IMG/VR virus record: IMGVR_UViG_3300032177_000002
Coordinates: 1-64,000 of that record
Direction: 5' to 3' (one strand)
DNA: 64,000 bases
Source of the DNA: a virus
Shown here: piece by piece, positions 8,866 through 17,774 of the stretch
Layout of the letters: each line of letters starts with the position of its first letter
Numbering within the stretch: the stretch's first letter is position 1
Made by a program: the position numbers and the translations under genes
The notes under the pieces: model-generated
What the model was told of the DNA's origin: nothing
Database searches by the model: none
What the model saw: only the letters and a program-made list of their open reading frames with translations

Positions 8866-9819
8866 CTACCAAGGAAGGATGCGCGTATCTGACAAGATGC
8901 CATTTATCTGTTGGTTCATGTGGTCCACTTCGTTTTTAACCAGCTCCTGAAAAGATCCCCGGCTTATATCCGCAGTTATGCCATTAGGGTAAGTTACGGC
9001 TCTTGAGGAGGTTATTAGAGCACCGTAACCATCCTTATTAAAGCATGGCAGAACTTGCGTAGCAGTAACCCCTTGAGCATCGTACCCTGGTACTAAAAAT
9101 AAGGTTTTTGGCATGATGCCTCGTAATCTTTGCGTATGCTTTGGTACTTGTGCGTTAACTACCGCCCCAACAGAGGAGTAGTTCCTGGAACTTATAGAAT
9201 AATTGCTAAGTGAGTTTACTTGCATTCCAATACGTTCGAATACCATGGTATTCCCATCTTGTAATACAGCTTCTTGTATATCATTGACTGACTCACAAGA
9301 TGTTTTTACTAACACGAATATACCTTTCGCATCTCTTTTAACGTATTCCAGATACGGTGTAATACTTTTTAAGCCTAAGTATGGACTAACCGTTATTGCG
9401 TCTGCATTGAATACCGTAGTTAACTTGTCATCTATAGCTATAGATCCTAAGTGCCCTCTAGCATAAGCGCTTGCTGAATGCGGTACGTCCCCGCGTTTTA
9501 TATCTTCAATTACTATCAAGCCTTTTGCTTTTGCGTATCTTATAGTGAGTAGTAATGAAAAAATACCTTCTGTTCCGTATTGTTCATAAAATGCAATATT
9601 CGGTTTTACTGCTGGCACAAGGTTAGCTACGGTATCTATAATGCAACAATTAAACGAAATTATAGCGTCACCGATTGCCCTAGTAGTTCTACCTAAATTT
9701 GTGCTACGGAAAACTTTAGGTATCATTGAGTATTCTGGATCAAGCCCTACTACTACGTAACTTTTTTTGGCATCTATTGCGTTCAATAGGTGATCTGCGA
9801 ATGTACCTACGCTATTCAT
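8866..9819 (-). CDS. pyrF: Orotidine-5'-phosphate decarboxylase (type 2), divergent
   Basis: VVVGLDP, AVKPNIAFYE, catalytic DIKRGD, ADAITVSPYLG, IFVLVKTS, FLVPGYxAQG, SSR; RBS AAGGAG. Confidence 0.9.
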   Translation of the reverse strand: MNSVGTFADHLLNAIDAKKSYVVVGLDPEYSMIPKVFRSTNLGRTTRAIGDAIISFNCCIIDTVANLVPAVKPNIAFYEQYGTEGIFSLLLTIRYAKAKGLIVIEDIKRGDVPHSASAYARGHLGSIAIDDKLTTVFNADAITVSPYLGLKSITPYLEYVKRDAKGIFVLVKTSCESVNDIQEAVLQDGNTMVFERIGMQVNSLSNYSISSRNYSSVGAVVNAQVPKHTQRLRGIMPKTLFLVPGYDAQGVTATQVLPCFNKDGYGALITSSRAVTYPNGITADISRGSFQELVKNEVDHMNQQINGILSDTRILPW

Positions 9820-9837
9820 TGCTTTTGCTCCTTTGGC

Positions 9838-10803
9838 TTATTTTTCTCTAAAGTTGTTATCTACCTTAGAATTCTCCCACATAGTCTCTACCTTAGAATT
9901 CTCCCACATAGTCTCTACCTTAGAATTCTCCCACATAGTCTCTACCTTAGAAGTCCCACACATACTCACTACCTTAGAATTCTCCCTCATAACTTCTACC
10001 TTAGAGCTCCCCATCATAGCCTCTACCTTAGAATTCTCCCACATAACCTCTACCTTAGAAGTCCCACACATACTCACTACCTTAGAGTCCACCCACATAC
10101 CCTCTACCTTAGAATTCTCCAGCATAGTCTCTACCTCAGAATTCCCCAGCATAGTCTCTACCTTAGAAGTCCCACGCATACTCACTATCTTAGAGTTCCC
10201 CATCATAGCCTCTACCTTAGAATTCTCCCACATAACCTCTACCTTAGAATTATCCCACATAACTCCTACCTTAGAATCTCTTTCTATAGCCCATATTTTA
10301 GAGTTCTCCCACATAACCCCTACCTTAGAACTCCCCCGCATAGTTTCTATCTCGGAATTCCCCTTCATAACCCCTACCTTAGAACTCCCCCGCATAGCTT
10401 CTACCTTAGAATTCCCCGTCATGTATTGAATTCTACAATTATTGACATCCTTAACTTCAGCTCCATCAAGAAGGATATAACATCCATCTTGAAGGGTTTC
10501 TCGTTTGTCCTGAACAAACATACCAGAAATGATTGTCCATAACTTATTCTTTATAATTTCCACACTAAGCCACTCTGGGATATTCGATTTATCAATACTT
10601 AAATTCCAATTATGGATATCGTTTAAATTTTTGGTAGGATCTATAGGGATAAATTCGACCCTACAAGATTTTTCTAAATAGAATCCTTTTTCATCGTCTA
10701 CTAAATTATGCTTTTTTATGAGTTCCTCATGTCGATCAGGATATCCGGGATCCCAAATAATGTCTAAATTTTTTAACACAATGGTACTCAGAAAGTTACA
10801 CAT
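9838..10803 (-). CDS. Tandem 9-aa-repeat (beta-solenoid-like) protein
   Basis: Unique ~130-aa N-terminus then ~20 copies of SKV(E/G/V)xMxx(N/S/T/D); RBS AAGGAG. Confidence 0.85.
   Translation of the reverse strand: MCNFLSTIVLKNLDIIWDPGYPDRHEELIKKHNLVDDEKGFYLEKSCRVEFIPIDPTKNLNDIHNWNLSIDKSNIPEWLSVEIIKNKLWTIISGMFVQDKRETLQDGCYILLDGAEVKDVNNCRIQYMTGNSKVEAMRGSSKVGVMKGNSEIETMRGSSKVGVMWENSKIWAIERDSKVGVMWDNSKVEVMWENSKVEAMMGNSKIVSMRGTSKVETMLGNSEVETMLENSKVEGMWVDSKVVSMCGTSKVEVMWENSKVEAMMGSSKVEVMRENSKVVSMCGTSKVETMWENSKVETMWENSKVETMWENSKVDNNFREK
9859..10410. repeat. 27-bp coding tandem repeat (~20 copies)
   Basis: Consensus tctaccttagaattctcccacatagtc on the + strand; the last three protein units (SKVETMWEN) are identical. 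Confidence 0.95.
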
Positions 10804-10806
10804 TTT

Positions 10807-11037
10807 TTATTCTCCTTTGTTTTCATCACAGTATTCTATCTCGCATAATTCCCCTATAGGAGTACTTTTGGCGCAGTCAAATAGAGCTTCTAATCTAGCT
10901 TCCTTTTCTTCCTTCCCCCATCCATAGGTATAGCTAGTTTTGCTGATAGCTAAGCATACGTAATGCTGGCTCCTAATAGATTCGGAGCAAAAAATAGGGT
11001 ACATGTTAATTAAAGCAGCTAACATAATTGATTTCAT
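10807..11037 (-). CDS. Small Cys-patterned, possibly exported protein (DUF4189-like)
   Basis: Hydrophobic N-terminus; CLAIS..YGWG...EARLEALFDC......CEIEYC. Confidence 0.5.
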   Translation of the reverse strand: MKSIMLAALINMYPIFCSESIRSQHYVCLAISKTSYTYGWGKEEKEARLEALFDCAKSTPIGELCEIEYCDENKGE

Positions 11038-11333
11038 GTGTTTCTCCTTTTTACCTCTTCTTTATGCTGTTGAAGTATAAGTTCCAAAATATGCTTAGCG
11101 TTATACTTATACCAACGTTTTTCTGCTACCGGTAATTTCGTATAAACTGTTTGTGTTACGGTCGATATACGTTGCCAATCAGCTAAATTCATTACCAGTT
11201 CTGATTTGCTACTCCCTATACCTTTAGGTGTAATATGCCGTAATACTTGGTTTGTGTTGGCAGCAACTATATCGTGTACGTACTCTGCTAATATATCAAT
11301 AATCTTGTTTGTTTCAACGAAATTTTTTCCCAT
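11034..11333 (-). CDS. Hypothetical protein (RyR-repeat-like helix pattern)
   Basis: LAEYVHD...WQR...TVYTKLPVAEKRW..AKHIL. Confidence 0.5.
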   Translation of the reverse strand: MGKNFVETNKIIDILAEYVHDIVAANTNQVLRHITPKGIGSSKSELVMNLADWQRISTVTQTVYTKLPVAEKRWYKYNAKHILELILQQHKEEVKRRNT

Positions 11334-11362
11334 CAGTGTTATCCTTGTTTTACCTGTTTGGT

Positions 11363-11641
11363 TTACTTTTTTTTGTACCCGCTTCTGTACACTTGCGCAT
11401 TGCTAAATACGACTCGGCTTATTACTGTTTCTCTTTTTCTTTGCCCTTTCTTTTCTACTAGATTCTTAGATATCAACCGTTCCAGTAAATACCAAATTTT
11501 GTCATGTTCTCCTCCATTTGTTACATGCGGTGCTATATCCTGTATAGTTTTCCATGCGTCATAACTTAATGCATTTAAAATTTGTGATGTACGTATTTTT
11601 GCTACACTCAATTCTTCTTTACTTGGCATTATAAATAACAC
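11363..11641 (-). CDS. Putative winged-helix DNA-binding protein
   Basis: ILNALS..WKTIQDIA...IWYLLERLISKNLVEKK; similar to 943-1242. Confidence 0.55.
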   Translation of the reverse strand: MLFIMPSKEELSVAKIRTSQILNALSYDAWKTIQDIAPHVTNGGEHDKIWYLLERLISKNLVEKKGQRKRETVISRVVFSNAQVYRSGYKKK

Positions 11642-11680
11642 TTCATTAGTACCATTTTACATTTAAGTATTATACTTTAA

Positions 11681-11980
11681 TCAGTCTATTAAGCAGTATA
11701 CACTTATGTATGTTGTTAATAGTAATACAACAGATAATCCTAATATTAAACTTGGCCAAATTTGGTTGCTGTTATTTTTTGTATCTGTTGGATCTTCTGG
11801 TTTATCCTTTTTTACATAAACTGGCGAATACAAGTCATCAAGTAAATGTATTAATGCATTTTTAGTTTTTGTATTTGATGCCAAATAATACGAATTCCAT
11901 ATAGCTTGACGTATACTATTAACCTCATTTATACTTATAAAATTTATGGTATACATAGCTTCTCCTTTTTGTTTAAACAA
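11681..11980 (-). CDS. Hypothetical protein with C-terminal transmembrane helix
   Basis: IWPSLILGLSVVLLLTTYISVYCL; probable start ~11956 (MYTIN) after AAGGAG. Confidence 0.6.
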   Translation of the reverse strand: MFKQKGEAMYTINFISINEVNSIRQAIWNSYYLASNTKTKNALIHLLDDLYSPVYVKKDKPEDPTDTKNNSNQIWPSLILGLSVVLLLTTYISVYCLID

Positions 11981-13724
11981 TTTCGTTTACTGGTCTATCT
12001 TCCCAATCGTAAAATATCGATCCTGCACCGTTATAGTAAAGTAAGCATTCTCCACCACCTCGAAATCTAGCTGCATCAACTCGTACTAAAGTCTTAGATT
12101 CTAAAACTTCTAAATCTGAAGTACCGGATATGCCGGTATCTGCTAATCCTGCTGCTGTCGTATTACGGTGCAGCAGGATTATTTGATCTGCATCTGCAGC
12201 AGGCGCCGCTGAATCCTTTATATCATCGTGTCGTATAATTCTGTCACCCTGAATTTTTCGCGGTTGAGCTATAAGCAATGTTACCATCTTTAATTCTTCA
12301 CTAAGAAGTTTGAATGCACGAGTTACTTGCCCTATTTCTGTCGTTATATACTGCAGTGATCTGCATAAAAAATGCAAGTTATCGAATACGAATAACGCTA
12401 CTCCGTATCGCTTTACAATCTCGCGTACCCTACTAATGATTATATCTATTTTAAAGTTTCCTCCCCAGTCAGGATCAGCAAAGTAAAGTGGTTGTTTCCT
12501 CAAGAAGTATCCTGTCATAGTAAAATCTATAGAACTAAGTGCATCTATTTCTTTTTTTCTGACTATGGCTGTAACCTTTCTCGCCAACTGTTCAGTATTC
12601 ATCTCCATACAATAAACTAATGTTGGGATATCTTGTGCGCTGTTATGTTGTGCTACATTCATTGCCCATGTAGTTTTTCCAACTTTAACTCTTGCCGATA
12701 AAATCACTAAATCTCCAGGTTGCCAGCCGTTACCTAACAAACTATTTACAGCATGCCATGGTGTTATTATTCCTTGCGTAGTAATACCATCTCTGTCTTT
12801 ACATTGCTTTAATGCTTCAGTAATACTTATAACTCCGGATACTTCAAATTTAGTTGCCTTATTAAGTGATGTGTTTAGTTCTTGTGGGCCTACCCCTACA
12901 AGTACATCATTAGCATCATGCATTGGTAGTAGCACATTGAAGCATTTGTCAAACCCTAGTCTTCTCGCTATAGTTCTAGCACCTTGTTGTCCTACCAAAT
13001 CTGCATCTAATACAAGAGTTACTCTTTCCTTATCGGCTAGTTGATCGTACCATTCCGGTAAAAATGTATCTGCGCCACACGTTAAACTTACCACATTTGT
13101 TACCCCAGCTTGCCAAATAGACATAGCATCTATTTCTGCTTCAGCTATAAAGATCTCCGTGGTTTCACCCAACGCGTCTGCATTAAATATGACTGAAGCA
13201 GCCCCTTTTATCCTACGAAACTCTTTCCCTGGCGGTAAAGATCTAAACTTTACATTGTAACAAACGCCATTTATTATATGTGGTATTGTTATCCATAACT
13301 TCTTAAACTTCTTTTGTAATCCTAGCTTAAAGAAAGATATCGTATCCTTAGTTAAACCTCTGGATTCTATTAAGTATTGCATAGCCACTTTGTTATGGAT
13401 CAATTGCTTGGACCATTTATCTACCAAGCTCGTATCTACCGTTACGTTAGAAGTCTTCGTGCAAGGTATACCGCTTAACTGTGACGCAGATATTACTTTA
13501 CCGTTTAAGTCTCCTAGTTCTCTTTTTAACTTGTACAGATTACCTCTGGCATCACAATGCCAGCATCTGTAAACAGTTTTTTTGGCATGAATCCAGAATT
13601 TATACTCGTTGGTTCCACCTGGGCAAAATGGGCATTTTTTTATTGCTAAATTTCCATCATTTCTTGTTTTCCATTGCCATTTCTTTTTAATTAGATACTG
13701 TTTTAGTTCTGGCAGTATGTCCAT
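11973..13724 (-). CDS. DNA primase-helicase (T7 gp4/Twinkle-like)
   Basis: Zn finger CPFC..CWHC; TOPRIM EAEIDAMS, LDAD, DAND; SF4 helicase ARVKVGKTT, FVFDNLH, LLIAQP, DIKDS. Confidence 0.92.
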   Translation of the reverse strand: MDILPELKQYLIKKKWQWKTRNDGNLAIKKCPFCPGGTNEYKFWIHAKKTVYRCWHCDARGNLYKLKRELGDLNGKVISASQLSGIPCTKTSNVTVDTSLVDKWSKQLIHNKVAMQYLIESRGLTKDTISFFKLGLQKKFKKLWITIPHIINGVCYNVKFRSLPPGKEFRRIKGAASVIFNADALGETTEIFIAEAEIDAMSIWQAGVTNVVSLTCGADTFLPEWYDQLADKERVTLVLDADLVGQQGARTIARRLGFDKCFNVLLPMHDANDVLVGVGPQELNTSLNKATKFEVSGVISITEALKQCKDRDGITTQGIITPWHAVNSLLGNGWQPGDLVILSARVKVGKTTWAMNVAQHNSAQDIPTLVYCMEMNTEQLARKVTAIVRKKEIDALSSIDFTMTGYFLRKQPLYFADPDWGGNFKIDIIISRVREIVKRYGVALFVFDNLHFLCRSLQYITTEIGQVTRAFKLLSEELKMVTLLIAQPRKIQGDRIIRHDDIKDSAAPAADADQIILLHRNTTAAGLADTGISGTSDLEVLESKTLVRVDAARFRGGGECLLYYNGAGSIFYDWEDRPVNEIV

Positions 13725-13774
13725 AGGAACCTCTAGTTAATATTATCTGGATTTAACTGAAAACAAATGGCGTT

Positions 13775-15961
13775 TTAACTAATCTTGCGCCCTTTTTTTA
13801 TGATTGGTTCATGTTTTGTAGGAACAACAGCTTCCCCGTGAAATTTTTGGTACTGCAACTTTTTTATAGCACTAACTAGTAACTCTGTGGATCCTGCTCG
13901 AACAGGGTCATGCATACCTAGTACATGTGCTATCATGACTAATACCGGACGCTTCATTGCGTTTAATTGTTTATCAGAGTAAGGTAGTTCAGACCTAATT
14001 TGAGCGTGCTTCTCTGCTGTATCCCTTTCTTTTAAAGACATATTTTTTTGTCCTTGTTTAGCGGTGGTTTTCGGTTCTGCAATTTCTTCCTCCTCTTCCT
14101 CTTCCTCTTCCTCTTCCTCTTCTGTTTCCGGCTCCGCTTCCTCTTCCTCTTCTGTTTCCGGCTCCGCTTCCTCTTCCTCTTCTGTTTCCGGCTCCGCTTC
14201 CTCTTCCTCTTCCTCTTCCTCTTCCTCTTCCTCTTCCTCTTCCGCTTCCTCTTCCTCTTCTGTTTCCGGCTCCGCTTCCTCTTCCTCTTCTGTTTCCGGC
14301 TCCGCTTCCTCTTCCTCTTCTTCTACGTCTACTTTTATTTCTTCCTCCTCGTGATCTTCTTGAATTGGCTTGTATTTCGATGCGCAGTACGGACACAATG
14401 CAAGTTTGTCTATAATGTCACGAAAACATGCTCCGCAGCAGTACGAACCATACGTCTTGTTTTTTACCAATTCTCGTTTTATTAACCCTTCTAGTTTCTT
14501 TGTGTCCGATTTTGGTTGGACCGGGATTCCTAAGCTTTTACAGCCTATCTTTAACGTTTCTAAAGTCACTGCAATTTTCTCTGCCATTACTGGCTCCTTT
14601 GTTTGTTTGGCTACACGTACTTTGTAGCGCTTTTTTATATTACGCAATTTACGATACAAGGCCGGTACATTCCGGTCCCACAGGTAAAATAATCTGCTTT
14701 CTTTTCCTTCAAAAGGTCTAGATAATCTCCCACGCATCTGCCGAAATCTGTATAATTTCGTGTCTGCAGAAGCACATGTCATAACTCCTCTATCTAAAAT
14801 AGGAATATTTATGGCTTTCTCTGCTACGGATGTCCCAATAGCTACTTGGATCCCGCCGTTGTTTAACCCATTCTCAGCAGTATCGCATTCAGCTTTATTC
14901 TTTTTGCTTCCTATAAGTAGACCTACAGATACCCCCATACGTCTTAAATCTTTGGCTAATATATAGCAGTGTTTTATCCTATCACTCCATACTAAAATCT
15001 TATGTCCTTGCTTTGCTTCTCTAGCTACTAAATTTAGGGTAAGCTCATGCCTTTTCTTGTCTTCTATGAGTTCGTCTATCAACCCACACCAGTTCAAATC
15101 ATAACTACTGTATCTGTGTGATTTGAATGCAGTAGGGATCGCAACAATATCTACTTCGCACTGACCAATAGATCTTGCTAGCTTAAAACTTGTTGGTCCA
15201 AATGTGTCGTATAAAAGGAACTCCCTTCCGTCACGTCTACGCTCATCATCACTTGCCCCAATCCTAATAGCTGCAGGCAACGCATTTACAGTTTCCCTAA
15301 GTGTTCTGGCAGCGAAAAGCGAAACTTCGTCACAGATTACGCACCCAAATAGCATTCTTAATTCATCTAACCGGTTCCTAACCGATTGAACCATGCCTAC
15401 CGTGATCGGTTTCAACGATACTTTCGCAAAAGCGCCCCCAATGCCTCCTGCGGGCTCACCAGTCCATTTTAGAATTCTGTCTAGCCAAACCATTTGGTGT
15501 CGTTCTTGGCTCACCAAAATTAAAGTAGGCTGTTTAAAATGAAATGCTACTGCTAATAACATTTCTGTTTTACCACTAGATGTAGGTGCCCTTCCTACAG
15601 TCTGCTGCCGTTTAATCATGGTGGCTACCGGGACTTTCTGGTAATCCCTAAGTATTGCTGAATAAGCCATTTTTATTCTCGGTAACCAAAGTCTATTGTC
15701 GTTTATTTGATATGATACATCATTCTTTTTTAGTATAGTTACCACCTTGCTTATGCAACCACGCCACATAGATAATATGGCTGTACTCTCCGTATACGTA
15801 GTTATATGTTTGGTTAACCCTACTGTACTAAGCCCGTGCTTTTTATTGTATGTATACATAGGGTCTTTATAAGTACATGCGTTTCTTAGGTCTTCTATCG
15901 TCTGCTTAGGCAACTCATCTTTTATTAGGTTTACTGTACTGTCTATGTTTATGAGCGCCAT
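13775..15961 (-). CDS. Superfamily 2 (DExx) helicase with C-terminal Zn-finger and poly-Glu extension
   Basis: LRDYQ, APTSSGKT, ICDEVS, INIPILD, QMRGRLSR; then CCGAC..CPYC and a ~90-aa Glu tract. Confidence 0.85.
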   Translation of the reverse strand: MALINIDSTVNLIKDELPKQTIEDLRNACTYKDPMYTYNKKHGLSTVGLTKHITTYTESTAILSMWRGCISKVVTILKKNDVSYQINDNRLWLPRIKMAYSAILRDYQKVPVATMIKRQQTVGRAPTSSGKTEMLLAVAFHFKQPTLILVSQERHQMVWLDRILKWTGEPAGGIGGAFAKVSLKPITVGMVQSVRNRLDELRMLFGCVICDEVSLFAARTLRETVNALPAAIRIGASDDERRRDGREFLLYDTFGPTSFKLARSIGQCEVDIVAIPTAFKSHRYSSYDLNWCGLIDELIEDKKRHELTLNLVAREAKQGHKILVWSDRIKHCYILAKDLRRMGVSVGLLIGSKKNKAECDTAENGLNNGGIQVAIGTSVAEKAINIPILDRGVMTCASADTKLYRFRQMRGRLSRPFEGKESRLFYLWDRNVPALYRKLRNIKKRYKVRVAKQTKEPVMAEKIAVTLETLKIGCKSLGIPVQPKSDTKKLEGLIKRELVKNKTYGSYCCGACFRDIIDKLALCPYCASKYKPIQEDHEEEEIKVDVEEEEEEAEPETEEEEEAEPETEEEEEAEEEEEEEEEEEEEEEAEPETEEEEEAEPETEEEEEAEPETEEEEEEEEEEEEEIAEPKTTAKQGQKNMSLKERDTAEKHAQIRSELPYSDKQLNAMKRPVLVMIAHVLGMHDPVRAGSTELLVSAIKKLQYQKFHGEAVVPTKHEPIIKKGRKIS
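14078..14350. repeat. 30-bp (EEEEEAEPET) repeats embedded in (GAG GAA)n microsatellite
   Basis: tctgtttccggctccgcttcctcttcctct occurs 5 times, interspersed with tcctct runs. Confidence 0.95.
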
Positions 15962-16020
15962 TTTATTTTTCTGTAGTGTTAACTATTTTGTAGCTTATTT
16001 CGGGGATTATTTCAATAGGT

Positions 16021-16695
16021 TTATTTTATATTTTTTTGTTCCGTAGTACTACTACGTGTAGCTTTAGTCTGAGTAACTTTCTTACTAGTAGGCAATTTAC
16101 GTATATGGTTAAGCAGTTTTTTATTGATTTTCTTCTCTTTTTCTGAATTTAACTCTTCTCTAAGTGTGCCAGCCGTTTTAGGTGCAACTGTGAAATCACT
16201 ATTACTAAGTATGCGGTAGGTTGCGCGTTCTACTTCATTTTTAACCAAAATGGGTTGCTGCTGGATTACCGAGCGCATATTGTCAACTGCTACCGATACC
16301 TTATACGTGGTGATACCACACGTGCTAATAAGCCCTACTATAATAGTACTTGTACCTAAATACCACGCAATAATCTTACGTTTACCCTCAGCACGTTCTG
16401 CAAGAATCTGGGATATATCAGATGGATTATTATAAGTAACTGTTCTACTATTTTTTTGGTTATACGCCGTATCTTTTAAATCCGAGCATTGTTTAGACAG
16501 TTCTTCTCGTATCTCAATTATCGTTTTATTATACGACGCATTTTCTAATGTTCGAGTAATAACGCAATCATCTTTGCTAACTAGGTTATGTATACGATTC
16601 TTCACATAAATTAAATCTTCACATATGCTGTTTACCTTACCTCGAGTCTCTCCAATTTGTACGAGTATAGTTGTCAATTTATCATCAACACTCAT
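16021..16695 (-). CDS. Single-TM coiled-coil protein (possible lysis-cassette component)
   Basis: Coiled-coil N-terminus, TM IIAWYLGTSTIIVGLISTCGI, basic tail. Confidence 0.55.
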   Translation of the reverse strand: MSVDDKLTTILVQIGETRGKVNSICEDLIYVKNRIHNLVSKDDCVITRTLENASYNKTIIEIREELSKQCSDLKDTAYNQKNSRTVTYNNPSDISQILAERAEGKRKIIAWYLGTSTIIVGLISTCGITTYKVSVAVDNMRSVIQQQPILVKNEVERATYRILSNSDFTVAPKTAGTLREELNSEKEKKINKKLLNHIRKLPTSKKVTQTKATRSSTTEQKNIK

Positions 16696-17159
16696 TATTT
16701 TACCCTAGCAGTAGCAGCGCAAATACTTCCAGCTACAACACTGCCCATTATAAAATTAAAGTATGTTGATGAATACCACGGTGGGTTTATAGATTTTTCT
16801 AGCAGATTTCGTACTGTATCTGCATCTTTAGAACATGCTGTATATTTCAATTTCTCGTTGTCTACTTTTGCTATGCATACTATCTCGGATGTGTACTTTT
16901 CTAAGCTAAGTTCTTTTTCCAACCTAGCTATATCCAGTTTTAGCAACTTTTCTTTTTCTGTTGCATCAGTTAGTAGTTTTGCTAATGCGGCATCGGATAG
17001 TAATGTACCTCCCCAAGGTGCTTTGTCACCAGGTAATAATCTAATGCTTTTTATAACATTCTCATTTGCCGGTTGAACCATCGGTGCTTGCTGCGCCAAG
17101 CTTATCGGCAATGCACTTATCAAGATCATCATGGTTAGTAGACAAGTTTTTAAATGCAT
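16695..17159 (-). CDS. Exported protein with C-terminal hydrophobic helix (possible outer-spanin equivalent)
   Basis: SPI-type signal (..LPISLA/QQ), coiled coil, PPWY then a hydrophobic end; overlaps the upstream gene by 98 bp. Confidence 0.5.
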   Translation of the reverse strand: MHLKTCLLTMMILISALPISLAQQAPMVQPANENVIKSIRLLPGDKAPWGGTLLSDAALAKLLTDATEKEKLLKLDIARLEKELSLEKYTSEIVCIAKVDNEKLKYTACSKDADTVRNLLEKSINPPWYSSTYFNFIMGSVVAGSICAATARVK

Positions 17160-17427
17160 CTTGTTTTTCCTTCGATAGAAGATCTTGTTGCTCAGTATAC
17201 CATGCCTGTAATTTATCAGTTTCTTCTTTCAAATTTGTTATAGCGACTAGTATTTTTTCTTCAGTCTTCTTTTGTATTTTTGCTTCTTCTTCTAAGCGTT
17301 TTACATTAGATTGCGAGGCGTCTTCTAGTAATTGTTTAGAAGAGTACTTTTTAAGCAATAGCCATACAGCTAAAATGAATGCCGCTTCTGTTCCTGCTAT
17401 CATAAGCAAGATTTTCCACCATTGCAT
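17062..17427 (-). CDS. N-terminal TM + coiled-coil protein (Rz/i-spanin-like)
   Basis: MQWWKILLMIAGTEAAFILAVWLLL then a long helical region. Confidence 0.55.
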   Translation of the reverse strand: MQWWKILLMIAGTEAAFILAVWLLLKKYSSKQLLEDASQSNVKRLEEEAKIQKKTEEKILVAITNLKEETDKLQAWYTEQQDLLSKEKQDAFKNLSTNHDDLDKCIADKLGAASTDGSTGK

Positions 17428-17438
17428 GTCTACTCCTA

Positions 17439-17768
17439 TTATTCTACGTTTGCTTGTTGTTTAAAAATAGCATTTAGATCTATACAGTCTTTACCTACAA
17501 TCCCTCTAATGGTTTTGCCATCTTTTTCAAACTCGATACCTACCCCGCGATTATCGATGCATATTATTTTTACAACTTGTCCTTCCTGCAAATCATATAG
17601 CGCCTTTCCTTCAGCATCCGTAACAGCAGCAAGTTTTAGCAGTAGTGGCAAACTAAGAGGCTCTCTTTCATAGTATACACCAGCATTTTTAACTTTGCTT
17701 AGTACAGGTTTTTCCGATATAGGGTCACTAGTCAATTCTTCTTTAACTTTTTCGTCTTTGTCAGTCAT
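17439..17768 (-). CDS. Hypothetical protein, C-terminal SH3-like beta-barrel pattern
   Basis: LQEGQVVKII..VGIEF..GKTIRGIVGKDCI. Confidence 0.5.
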   Translation of the reverse strand: MTDKDEKVKEELTSDPISEKPVLSKVKNAGVYYEREPLSLPLLLKLAAVTDAEGKALYDLQEGQVVKIICIDNRGVGIEFEKDGKTIRGIVGKDCIDLNAIFKQQANVE

Positions 17769-17774
17769 AGTACT

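Noticed and set aside
9790-10542. + strand ORFs 9790-10542 and 9833-10429, or a CRISPR-like array
   Set aside because: Shadow frames of the 27-bp coding repeat; the - strand ORF has the RBS, a unique N-terminus and operon context
14048-14485. Alternative-frame FLFL, poly-Ser and RGRG ORFs
   Set aside because: Shadows of the poly-Glu repeat
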